Shown here: positions 53,180-64,000 of the stretch, piece after piece
How the letters are laid out: each line of letters starts with the position of its first letter
Position numbering within the stretch: position 1 is the stretch's first letter
Source: Lingula anatina
Lineage: Eukaryota > Animalia > Brachiopoda
Direction of reading: 5' to 3'
DNA length: 64,000 bases
Assembly: GCA_051362555.1 (NCBI GenBank)
Contig: CM120645.1
Span: 19,964,001-20,028,000, forward strand
Notes under the pieces: model-generated
Database searches by the model: none
What the model was told of the DNA's origin: nothing
Seen by the model: only the letters and a program-made list of their open reading frames with translations
Translations under genes and position numbers: made by a program

Positions 53180-54828
53180 GATGAAAAAATTAAGTCTGAT
53201 GGAAAACAGTCTGAACGTGTCTCGACCCTTGTTGATTAGTAGAACTTGCGTCACACTGTGTGCAGTTAGCAATAGGAACTGGTATCTAAATGTGGGTCAT
53301 ATTTTTTTTGCTGCCGTGCAGACGCGCGTACGTGCCTACACGTACTAGTACCTCTATTGGCGGTTCATTTTACACGCATTAGTTTTCAAAGGTGTTCAGT
53401 ATTTCAAGGATACATCCAAACAAAAATATCCCAATTATATATTACGTACATCAGTCACAGAAAAGCCTGCTATTGTCTACAGTCGTACATAAAAACAATA
53501 GTGATGGTGATAATAACGACATTAACAAACATAACGGTATGAGTGCGTCTCTCAATCTAAAAACAGGGTTTTGTAAAATCAACACCCAGTAAAAAAATAC
53601 TCTTAGTTTTTACGCTATGCCCGCATACCAGATAAAATTAATCTTTATACGGGCTGTTTTCATGTCCACCCTTATATAATTAACGAGCTTGCAATGCGAC
53701 CAGCTTCATCTTATGTTTTATTTCTTTTTTATACAAATCAATTTTCCGTCGTGTAGAAGCATAGCCGTGGAAATTAAATCCTCATGTTCAAATTCTTTCT
53801 TAAGTTACTGCTGCTGAAAAGACAACTGGGGAAAATATGATACTTAGTTCAAAGTTTAGCCAGGTAACTCTTCGATTATCTTCTTTCCGAAAAGGGCATT
53901 CAGTTTACAATATTGAACTATCAAAAGTGAATCAATATTATATCAATGTCCCGAATAGTGCACTAGTGTGCCTGTTGACACGTTTTTTCACAGACATTTC
54001 TCTGGTTAATTCTTCGCGCATTTCTATGCTGTCCAGAAAGAATTTTTGCACAGATGACGTCATGACGCAGCTTGCTATTAGTAGAGAGTAGTTGACAGCG
54101 TCTCATTAAAATTTCAAGTACGCAATGTTAATCAAAGATTTGTGCCTGCTGGTTATCGTATCACATTCGAATTCAATATGACATTTTTAATGACAGATGA
54201 TCAAAGTTGATACTGTAGCTCTTTTTATGAAGAAACATGTAAATGAACTTCACTAAAGGACAATTTTTGAGTTTTAAAAGGAAATTCTGTATTTTTGTAT
54301 GTTATCATATTTCTTATATTTTCAATATTACTAAGCATACAAATTTCATTCTGCCATCAAAACCTATCTGCATTGTTTCTCGTGTAGCTAGTGTCTCCAA
54401 GTACACGTCTTTGTATCCGGTTCATTTTGCATAAATGTTACTGTACATATTTGATGTCTTTGTATGTAATACTGTACATATTTGATGTCCCAAATTGTAA
54501 CACTTTGATTCATATAAGTTCTCATTTTATTTTCTGCATACATAACAAAATAAATTGCTTTTGCACTGAAATAGTATAAATCATTCTCTGTATTCGCAGA
54601 AAGATCAGATGTAATTCAGCTATTTTGACCTTTATCAATGCGCATATGCGAACATCTTGATTCCTTTCTGATATAATGAGTAATAAAATGGGGCAAAAGT
54701 GAATATCCTACTCTATAAAGCATGGATTTGCAAATTTCATCAACGTTCCCAGACAGTTTAAAGCTGAGCTATGACTCCTTAAAAAATCTCTCGTTGTCAC
54801 GTGGTGTCTGACGGCTGTCACGTGGTAT

Positions 54829-56056
54829 TTATGCACCCCAGTCTGCAAACGGACCAAACACAGGGTTCTTCATAAACTGCGCAGATGCCATGTATTTCTT
54901 AATGGCCGGAAGAGCCTAAAACAAAGTCAAAAGACTTATATTTTATTTGATTGAAATAAAAAAGTGAGTTTTGACAGGAGCAAAGAAAATCAGATAATAA
55001 TTATAATAAAAAAATAATAATAATAATAAATAATAATAATAAAGTCAAAAAACAAAATAATATCTAATATATATGCGATGAAGATAAGCAGCGCTGTGTG
55101 CAACGATCTATATAAATCCCCTTACCTCAAAATTCTTGCAGTAGCCGTCGAGGTTTGGAAACTGGTCAAGGCATCCAGGAGAAAACATTCTGAACCAATC
55201 CAACAATTCGTACAAGTTGAAATCAGCATATGTGATCTGGAAAAAAGAAAAAAAAAACACTTAATATATGGGGGCTGATATAGAAAAATGGGCACTTCTA
55301 GAATTTTGAATACACTGAATGCATACAAAATTTAACTGAAGTATATAGTTGCAAAGCGCTCCACAGTCGGTTGAAAACAACCGAAATTTGTACTTACATT
55401 TTTACCTCCAACCCATGAGTTGTCTCCCAGAAAGTCCGAATAGGACTTCAAAATATTTGGCAGGCCCTTCAAAAACTCCTCTTTCTTTGTTTTCTAAAAA
55501 AAGAATAAAGATGAAATGATATTAATGATGGTGATAAGAAAATCAAATACAAATTGACAGGTCATTGACAAACTGTGCAGTCGTTTAAAAAAATGTTTTT
55601 TCAAAAGTTATGAAATATCTAAGAAACCTGCAGCCTATTTTCCCCGAGTTTTGAAAGTGACGCTACTGAGGGTTATTGTCGAAGGTAGCAGATAAAATGT
55701 ATCAATATCATAGATAGTTCGATAATGCCAAAATAAATCAATATTTCATTTTTAGATGACTAAATGCATTGTCCAACCCAATGCCCAATACTCGGGTATG
55801 CTTGAACAAACCGTTCTACTTACATAGTCAGTTTTGTAAAAGTATGTCGCGAGGCAGACTTGGATAAAGCTCATCAATGTGTCGAGGACTTGGGAGGCAA
55901 TTTCATCCGCTTTAATTTTTTCTGCCTCGGTGCTGCCATCTAACAAGCAAAATGATATCGGATTTCAAACTACATGTTTGCATGTAGAGTCAATATGAGG
56001 GACATTGTCTTATGGGGTAATCATTTGCAACAAGGTTATGTGTTTGTCTGTCTGTC

Positions 56057-56109
<53 letters not shown>

Positions 56110-59100
56110 GCGAGAAAGAGAGAGAGAGAAAGACAAAGAGAGAGAGGGAAGAGAGAGACTTACATAAGTTGTGTTTCCTGGCCAGATGCATCATAATGGC
56201 ACGACTTTGTACGATGATGGTGTCGCCATCTTTGTAGTATGGGATCTAAAAGATGCAAAGTGTACCCTCGATCATAAGGCCACGTGGATGATCGACATTT
56301 TTGTACGTAACCACAGTTTGCTGCACTTTTACTTAAACTACATTTATCATTTTAAATTATTGTTTTTCTTTTTATCAAGAGCTTCTAAAATATGTAGGTA
56401 TTACCTCCAATATTTATCATTGTATTATTTATTCATTACACTGAATTTTGTATTATTTATTCATTACACTGAATTTTGCGTCTCTTATTTATGGTTCACA
56501 TATACGTGTATGGTTGAATCAAAATTAATACAAGATCTATACATTTAATAAAAAAAAATGATAACAATGAGTAAAAGCGTTTTTTGTGTACATACATTTG
56601 CGAAAGGCACTCCAAGCTTGGCCTTGTCTGTGAGCCACTGCTCTCTGCTGTACTCTGGTGCTAAAAATTGAAAGGTTTAGCATTTATGTTACACGTACTT
56701 GGCAAACTAAGTCAAAGGAAGCAGAGATATATGAAATAGAAAAGCAAGTTAAAGCAATGTGAAAGAGGTGCCGTCCATAAAAATGTTTCGAATCCAGTGC
56801 ACATGACAGACAGAAGCGAGGCATCTTTTGCGTCCAAGCCAATGGTGGCATAATTTGGCATTCTGCATGACGACATGGAAGCATACCCTAATGGAAGGAA
56901 AAACTTGCAAGATGTTTCTCAAATCAAATTGTTCAATTTGACAATTAAGCTAATGTTTTCTTGAGCGGTGACCTATTGCTTTATCTTTAAGTCTTAGTAT
57001 CTATTTTTTAATCAAAAAAAAAAAAAAAAAAAAAAAAAAAGAAAAAAAAAATTACCTGGCCCCATTTCATAGCGCTTCTCCTCGTACTCTTCCCCAGTAT
57101 AGGCCAGCATAAGGCGAATGGGTTGTCCCAACTGTAAACAAACCATTATCAGGAGAAAGATTAAAAATTAGTACTTCGATAAGACCAGGCAAAGAGATCT
57201 TAGTTGAAGTATACAATGGCATGCGGCAGCATCTTACAGGGTAAATGCTAACCGATAACTCACACATTATAATACAGACTTGACATTTAATATGGAATAT
57301 TTCAGTTTCGAATGTATGCCTAAGTAAAAATGCATCCTTTTTTCAAAAAACTCAGATCTCATATAAGATATGTGAATGGAGAAGTGTGTAGTCAGGTGTG
57401 TCACTTCCAATTCACTGAATTCCAGGTTTGTTGCGCTGCTGCATTATGTAATATGCAGTGATTTAATTGGGTAGTGCTCCTTTGGGCAGGTCAAAGCTTG
57501 GCTTTGGCAAAGCATGGTTCTTCCAAAAAAGTATCCATATGTCGGTAACTACTGCATAGAAGAATTTGAAATTTGGCATGCAAGTGGTCAGTTTTGCAAG
57601 GTGTAAAATGAGCTATGCACTGCTCCGCAAATTTGTTAATCTGTGGCAGAATGGCTCGAAAAAGCCAGGCATTGCCAGTCAGATAATTGCGCCAAACGAA
57701 ACGGTCCGCACAGTTTTATAGAGTAATGTCCAGACTGATGCACCTACAGAGAGACCACACCCAATGTATTGAAATCTTACCACCAGGGTACAGGACGTAC
57801 TGTCTGTCGGGATATGTTGTTGCAACTAAACAAAAACCACCCAGTCCGTTCAGAATGAGGGGTAAATTGCCACCAAAACGCATTTTTCAAGGCCCTTAGC
57901 GAACACCAAACTGGTTTTAGCTGGTTAGAATACCAGACGACCTCGGGGGAACCCACTGTAAACAGCAAAACATCGCTGTATGTTTCTCTAATGAATTGGG
58001 GACCTTGACTGTTTCTGAGTTGAACACTGAAAACTCGTGGCTTTCTTTATTGAGGTCAGTTTTCACCTATACCGCTCAACTTGTCAAAACAGAATTTACA
58101 GACATCCAGAAGAGGCCAACAACTAAGCGTGTGCCGCGTTTAAAGTGACTTAGTTCATTAACAGCGTCGGTAATTGGAGCGGATACCACATTGGTGCCAA
58201 AACACCAATGGTGGTCATCCACGAAAACCTGAACCAGATCAAATAAAGGAATAATCTGGGAACCACTTGACTATCATTTGACAGGGGGCACCTTAGGAAC
58301 AATTTTAGGTTGCACGGTGAAATTGCCGGTACACACAGAGCACTTTTAAAAGCAGATTACTTACAGAACCAAGGAAATGAGCAGCTACCTTGGTAATCAA
58401 AATCGCCACATTTGAACCACATAGACAATATGTGGGCAGGCCATTACTCGCCGAATCAATGACCTACATGTCCTACAACAAAACTGGACCAAATAGGACA
58501 GATTTTGACCGATGCCTGGAATGTTATTCCAGATTTAACTCTAAAAACCTAACCCAAGTAATGCCTTGCCCCTTGAGAGCGCTGGTAGCAGACAGAAGAG
58601 GTCAAGCGTAACAGCGACCGTTACTGTGACTAGACACTGACATGGGGGTTCTTTGTGAGGCGTGTAACTCTTTTACAGAAAATAATTTGGAAAATATGGA
58701 GATCCAAAATATCTCTTTTAATTGTTGTCGTATGACATAGAATAGGCAATGTGTTTTTGTTTGCTTCTCTGGCGAATTCCATTAATTAACTGAAGACACA
58801 ATGACATCAAAAGGATAATTAAAAGTTATTAAAACCCAATTTTAAGCCTTATTTTCATTTATCAGTCAGCAAAATAGGAAAAAACTGATGAAAAATGATT
58901 TGGAAAAAAATATTCCATATTAAATGTCAAGTCTGTATAAAAATCAAACAAAAACCAGTTTCCGAAAGGCAGGAACCAGCTGTTACGTAAAGTCATTTGT
59001 GTACGGGGAGACCATAAAGATAAGTGAGAAGATCCAGTATGAGTGCAAAACTACCCATGTTATTTGATATGATCTAATCTCTTATTTAACGCATTGGATT

Positions 59101-59551
59101 TAGTTAAATACACCCAAGTAGGGGTGGGACTCGCTGAGAAACTTAAACAATGTAATATCAAGAACTCTGAACTTAATGATATAAAAAGGGCCACAATGTG
59201 TTGAAGTCCCGCCATTTTGCAACAAGATCAAGAGAATGTTCGTGTTGAGAGGGGGGTTAAGCATCATTGATAATAAATCGACAATTTATAAATTTAAAAT
59301 TAGTAAATACTAATAGTTGCGCAGGAATCACACGGTTCCGGAACTTTGTTTCTTTGTACGTGTTGTTCGAACTGAAATAATTCTAATATTTGCCGTGACA
59401 TTGCAAATATCAAAGTACGACAAAAGATCTCTCCCTTTTAACCGTTTGCCCCATTTCCATGGCGGTCTCAAACCTGAATTTGTCACGAGGATTATTTATA
59501 TACACGCACACCTACCCCACGTAGATTCCAATATCCCAAAACAGCCGGCAT
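54829..59551 (-). CDS. GSTM: Glutathione S-transferase, mu class, copy D (222 aa)
   Basis: Exons 59551-59516, 57131-57056, 56660-56596, 56245-56164, 55939-55824, 55493-55398, 55236-55126, 54915-54829; mu loop MGPAPEYSREQW. Confidence 0.95.
57273..58937 (+). mobile_element. Tc1/mariner element with intact TIRs and decayed transposase in GST-D intron 1
   Basis: TA-CAGACTTGACATTTAATATGGAATATTT ... AAATATTCCATATTAAATGTCAAGTCTG-TA; internal KSPHLNHIDNMW and MPCPLRALVADRRG resemble Tc1 C-terminal motifs. Confidence 0.88.
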
Positions 59552-59745
59552 GATGCAGAAGTTTCTTTAAGTGAACGTTTGAACAATGCTCTTCGATTCT
59601 TGCTGCCTTGCTGAGATCTTCGCACAAATCACGTCCCTCCGCGTGCGCTGATAGAGAGCTCTAGAGACAAGTTGAAAGGAAAGGCAGCCCCCAGGGTTAT
59701 TAAGCTGCTATCTCGACCTTGGATTAAACGTCACCAGACATAAAG

Positions 59746-59756
59746 TGCTGACTCAC
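59746..59756 (-). promoter_or_regulatory. Antioxidant response element (CNC/Nrf2-small Maf motif) upstream of GST-D
   Basis: TGCTGACTCAC = GTGAGTCAGCA on the minus strand, followed by CTTTAT; 195 bp upstream of the ATG. Confidence 0.6.
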
Positions 59757-60445
59757 AGTGCTTCAATTATACAGCAAACATGCAGACACAGTTAGGTTTG
59801 TTTATCAAGGTCGAATACGTGGTACTTGCTGTATGTTTGCAAATGTGATTGTGTTCTTACGTGTATTACGCAATAACTTCAAAATGCGTTTTTAAGTAGA
59901 TTTAAGTAGATTGTGATTGTGAAAGAAAGGGGTTTTAAATATTTCTAAAATTCTGGATATGTATTACATAAATGCTCTGACGCCAAGTGAGCCAGGCTTA
60001 GCTGTCAAACTGCTACCAAAGCTTTGGAATTTCGTGCAGGATCCATTTTAACCCTGACACAACAAAAACACAATTGAAATAATCTCACGAGACCAAACTG
60101 TATCAGTCGGTTTGCATTTTCTCAGCCTTTTTTCATTCATACCAACCATCAATGTTATCGTACGCTAATGAATGATATCTATTTTCGAAGGTGTCTGGAT
60201 AGCCAGACCTTTTGCCACCAAAGATAAATGTAACAGAAAATCCCACGGATTCGACAGATGTGCAATGGCGTATACTAAATATAGCAAATGGGGCACTCTG
60301 CTATCACTTTTAGGGAGTGACACAGAAATATTTTTTATAAAGTATCCTACCCTCTAAACTCATATTTTGGGCACCACCTGGGGGGGGGGGAGCTAATAGA
60401 GGCAGACCAAATGTATCTTACTTTGGTACCATCGTGAATGATACT

Positions 60446-61878
60446 GGGACCCGTAACTCGAAAGCATCGCGCATTGTGACCGAGCGCAAGCGTCTCGATT
60501 CCATAACTCTTCCGTACTCGCCTCATATAATACACTGTAGCCTCTATGTGATATCGCTATTCGCAATGCGCGATGCTTTCGAGATAGGGGAGACCGGGGC
60601 TAGTTGGCCCAGTTAGACACTTTTGGCCTTGTAGAGCCAACTAGGAGTGGGTTAGAGTAACAAAACCGGTTTCAAAGTAAACCCCATGAACTAAGCTACG
60701 TATGCAACGTCATTATTTTTCAAATATAATGCCAGGTGGCTCACAATTTGACAAAAAACGCAGTTGACGTTAGGGGGGCCAACTTGCCCCGCCATGGGGC
60801 AAGTTGGCCCCAGGGTCGGGGCAAGTTGGCCCCCCTATACGAAAATGAAGTATATGTCCCATGTAAACGCCTTGAAATACATTTTTATAATTTTTTTATT
60901 TATTTAATTGATTTTTGAGAGTCTTTGATGAATAAACAGTTCAAATGAGGCAGATTTATTGAGGTTTCCGTACGTCACGTTGTTGTGGGGGGGGGGGGGG
61001 TATGTGTTGCAAGAACCAAAATATCTATCAATAAAATGTGTTTTGTTTTAATTAAGAATAAATAAATAATGGTATAAAGAAGGTTTTTAATGAATGAAAA
61101 CGCATAATAATAAATTTTCTTTTTAAAAGAAAGTAACAAATTCAGTTTTAAACCATTGAGTTTGTTTCAACAATGGTCTCTACCTAGGGAGGGGTGGAAA
61201 ATCCCCTTGGGGCCACATATAACACTATAAATACAAAGGGAATGCCCTTACAATGCAAATGTTTTTCTACGGAAAGTCCAATGGATTTGCTTTTTAATAC
61301 TTACAATCAACAGAATATTTCTAATATAAATTCTCAAAAAGACACCAGAGAGAAAATTTTAAAAATCAATCAGACGGTAATAGACACCGGCAAGCTTTGT
61401 TAATTTCACAAACTTGTTTATTTCAAACAGCGTTGCGCGCAAAGGTTTGTGGGTAATATGAGGGTCCAACTTGCCCCGAGTCAAGGGGGCCAACTAGCCC
61501 CGTGTGCACATTATTTATTTTAAAGGATGGTAGCCTTTTATGGTGCTAGAATGAGCAACGATGATACATCTCTGTGAAACTTGAAACAATGAGCTTCAGT
61601 TTGATGCCCTATACATATCTTATATTCGATCAAAAGCCTATGATAATAGATTTTTAAATCTCTTAAACAAAATTACTTTTAGGTGCAAAAATCGTTTATT
61701 TCGACTCACCGCTTAAGTAAAACTTTTTAACGTCCGACACTTCCTAAGCATTGCAGGCTACGGTAACTTTGCAAGAGCATGTGGCCAATTTTTTTTACCT
61801 CGTAGTTACTTTTTCATAAATTGACGGGGGCCAACTTACCCCGGGGTCCAACTAGCCCCGATCTCCCCTACGGGGCCC
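60446..61878. mobile_element. Short palindromic MITE split by the 60585 insertion
   Basis: GGGACCCGTAACTCGAAAGCATCGCGCATTG ... CAATGCGCGATGCTTTCGAGA-TA-[insert]-CGGGGCCC. Confidence 0.7.
60585..61870. mobile_element. Non-autonomous TA-TSD DNA transposon (Tc1/mariner-pogo-like)
   Basis: TA-GGGGAGACCGGGGCTAGTTGG ... CCAACTAGCCCCGATCTCCCC-TA; repeated internal GGGGCCAACTTGCCCC motifs in both orientations; no long ORF. Confidence 0.85.
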
Positions 61879-61987
61879 TGGTTTGCAAACAAACGAGATC
61901 CCGTCACTAAAGAAAAACAGCACTTTTTAAAAGAATTATTGATAATCCCAATGCTGATTTTTCAGAATAATTTTCACACAGGGGAAA

Positions 61988-62158
61988 CAGGTGTAACAGG
62001 AATGGTAGTCCTAGGAATGGAAGTCCGGGCTCCCTTATGATTAGTACAGGTTAGGGTTAATTGGAGGATTTGGGTTTGTATATGGACGAATGTCACCGGC
62101 ACAAAGTAATGGGAAGCGGACTACGATTCCCAGCGGACTCCCATTCCTGTTTCACCTG
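61988..62158. mobile_element. Second copy of the GGTTAG inverted-repeat element
   Basis: CAGGTGTAACAGGAATGG ... CCATTCCTGTTTCACCTG; internal sequence matches 39356..39636. Confidence 0.8.
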
Positions 62159-63707
62159 GGCTACATGTTTAGTAAGCCCAGTTAAGACACTTTTGGTCTT
62201 GTAGAGTATCGTATGTGACATTGAACATTTGCACGACTTGGAGCATATGGAAGTATCACCACCGGGTTTATTGAACATTCGCGAACAGTTTCAGTAAAAA
62301 CCTCTCACCTAAAATGAGCTATACCTGTTGTTATTTGCATAACAACAAGTCGTTCATCGTAGTGCGAGCTGTCTTGCCGTATGCTCACTTGGCAGTTAGG
62401 CAGAGTCGGGTGTAGACGCAACAGTATGTGTGGTGCAGTCAGAAGGTGGAGCTTTTATAAGGCGTGGAAGCAAATGTATATTTGTGAGTATCACTATTTC
62501 TTCATCAGCCTCAGCCATTAAATCCTAAAGGCACAGAAGAATGAGAAAAATATTTACGACAAATGACATGAATCCTTTTACTATATTTCCATTGTTACTT
62601 GTATGTCACTCAGAATGGTAGAAATTATTGCTTACAGTGCATTGGGACTCTAAATGTTCAGGATAAACGGCGCATTTATCTGACTTTTGATGATAGAAAT
62701 TCTCTGCACTTTGTAATCCTCTGTTTGAACATTTTGTGTGCCCCGGCCTTGACAATTAATTTTGAATATTTTGACCTTATTTAAAATGTCGTGTGTTAAA
62801 TGTAAGTTTTACCACCCAAATTAATTAATTGGACGATGCTTTTCACCGTTCTGAGCTTCCGATCCATGATTTCGAGTGCTCATTGCACAGTGATTGACAG
62901 ATACATATTTTACACAGCCTGTCGTCTCCATAGTGCCGTATGTTGTCCATCCATTACACGGTTCACTGCATGAAAACTTATTATATATGTGCAATATATT
63001 TGTTATAATTTTCGAAGAGAATTTGTAAATGATCTCTTTCTCTGAAGTGCATCAACATGTACTACAACACGTGTTATAACTTTTAATATCAAAAAGAATA
63101 CCTCACCCACTCTGCAAATGAAACGGGTTGTGCTATCAATGTTACTTTTTTAACAAGAGGCCTCAATTAGTTATATCATTAACTAATTCCACATCATAAT
63201 TTTGGTTTTGCGCTAGCTGACATCAGACTAGTTAATAAACGTGCACGCCATTCCATTTATATGTGCCCTCTGCCCTGTGATATTACATGCAATATAAGAA
63301 TGTACAGAGCCTGACTGTTAAGTTCAATGTTGTAAACATTATTTTATCTTTTCAGGAGCTCAACGAGATTCTGCACAGCATCCGCCTGAAAAATGAAGTT
63401 TAGCCTTTGTTTCAAACACAGGAACCCACGCTCCTTCGTACATCTATTATATGAAAACTCAATAAAAAACTTTTGTCATTTGGCGTTTTATTTTTCACTT
63501 TGTTATGAAATTATTATGATAAGGATAGTTGTAATCATAATGGAAAATGATATTTGAATGTAATAATGAAAATGTGATTCTGATGTAAGGTTAAATCAAG
63601 TTAGTTTTTTGAATGGATACGGCTGAAATTGGCCAAAAATCTCTGAGGGTAAAACGGAACAATTTATTCAGTTCCAGTTCTCTGAACCAAATGGGAATAA
63701 TTTCAAG

Positions 63708-64000
63708 ACTCACCCTACCTGTCGACCCTTTTTATGCAATGGACTCGCCCCACCTGTCACTCCTTCTAATGCAATAGACTCGCCCCACCTGTCACCCCTC
63801 TAATGCAGTGGACTCGCCCCACCTGTCACCCCTCTAATGTAATGGACTCGCCCCACCTGTCACCCCTCTAATGCAGTGAACTCGCCCCACCTGTCACCCC
63901 TTTAATGCAATGGGCTCGCCCCCCCTGTCACCCCTTCTAATGCAATAGACTCGCCCCACCTGTCACCCCTTCTAATGCAATAGACTCGCCCCACCTGTCA
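63708..64000. repeat. 34-35 bp minisatellite running off the window end
   Basis: At least 8 units of CTCGCCCCACCTGTCACCCC(T)TCTAATGCAATRGA. Confidence 0.95.

Noticed and set aside
63708-64000. CRISPR array or coding repeat
   Set aside because: Head-to-tail 34/35-bp units with no unique spacers and no preserved frame.

Overview
AT-rich, intron-containing, microsatellite-rich animal genomic DNA; it looks like a marine invertebrate, but the species cannot be determined from the sequence. Eight intact protein-coding genes were reconstructed by hand with GT-AG splice sites: one class-A GPCR with an intronless CDS (+), three tandem 3-exon GPI-anchored Ly6/uPAR (three-finger, quiver/sleepless-like) genes (+), and four tandem 8-exon mu-class glutathione S-transferases (-), convergent with the Ly6 cluster. 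Mobile DNA includes a non-autonomous Ngaro/PAT-type (DIRS order) retrotransposon with intact split direct repeats, L2-like and Rex/Babar-like LINE fragments, decayed Tc1 elements, Kolobok-like and other MITEs (some nested), and two P-element-like excision footprints. The most notable observations are: (1) an array of about 7 hairpin/pseudoknot modules with compensatory base changes inside the Ngaro-like element; (2) an exact empty site for that element in a paralogous block, with no TSD; (3) splice signals suggesting the GPCR is an alternative terminal exon inside the first intron of Ly6 gene 1, with an AG|GTAAGA recursive-splice-like site; (4) GSTs with a 5-aa insertion and a variable substrate site. 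All of this comes from reading the sequence by eye; no searches were run.
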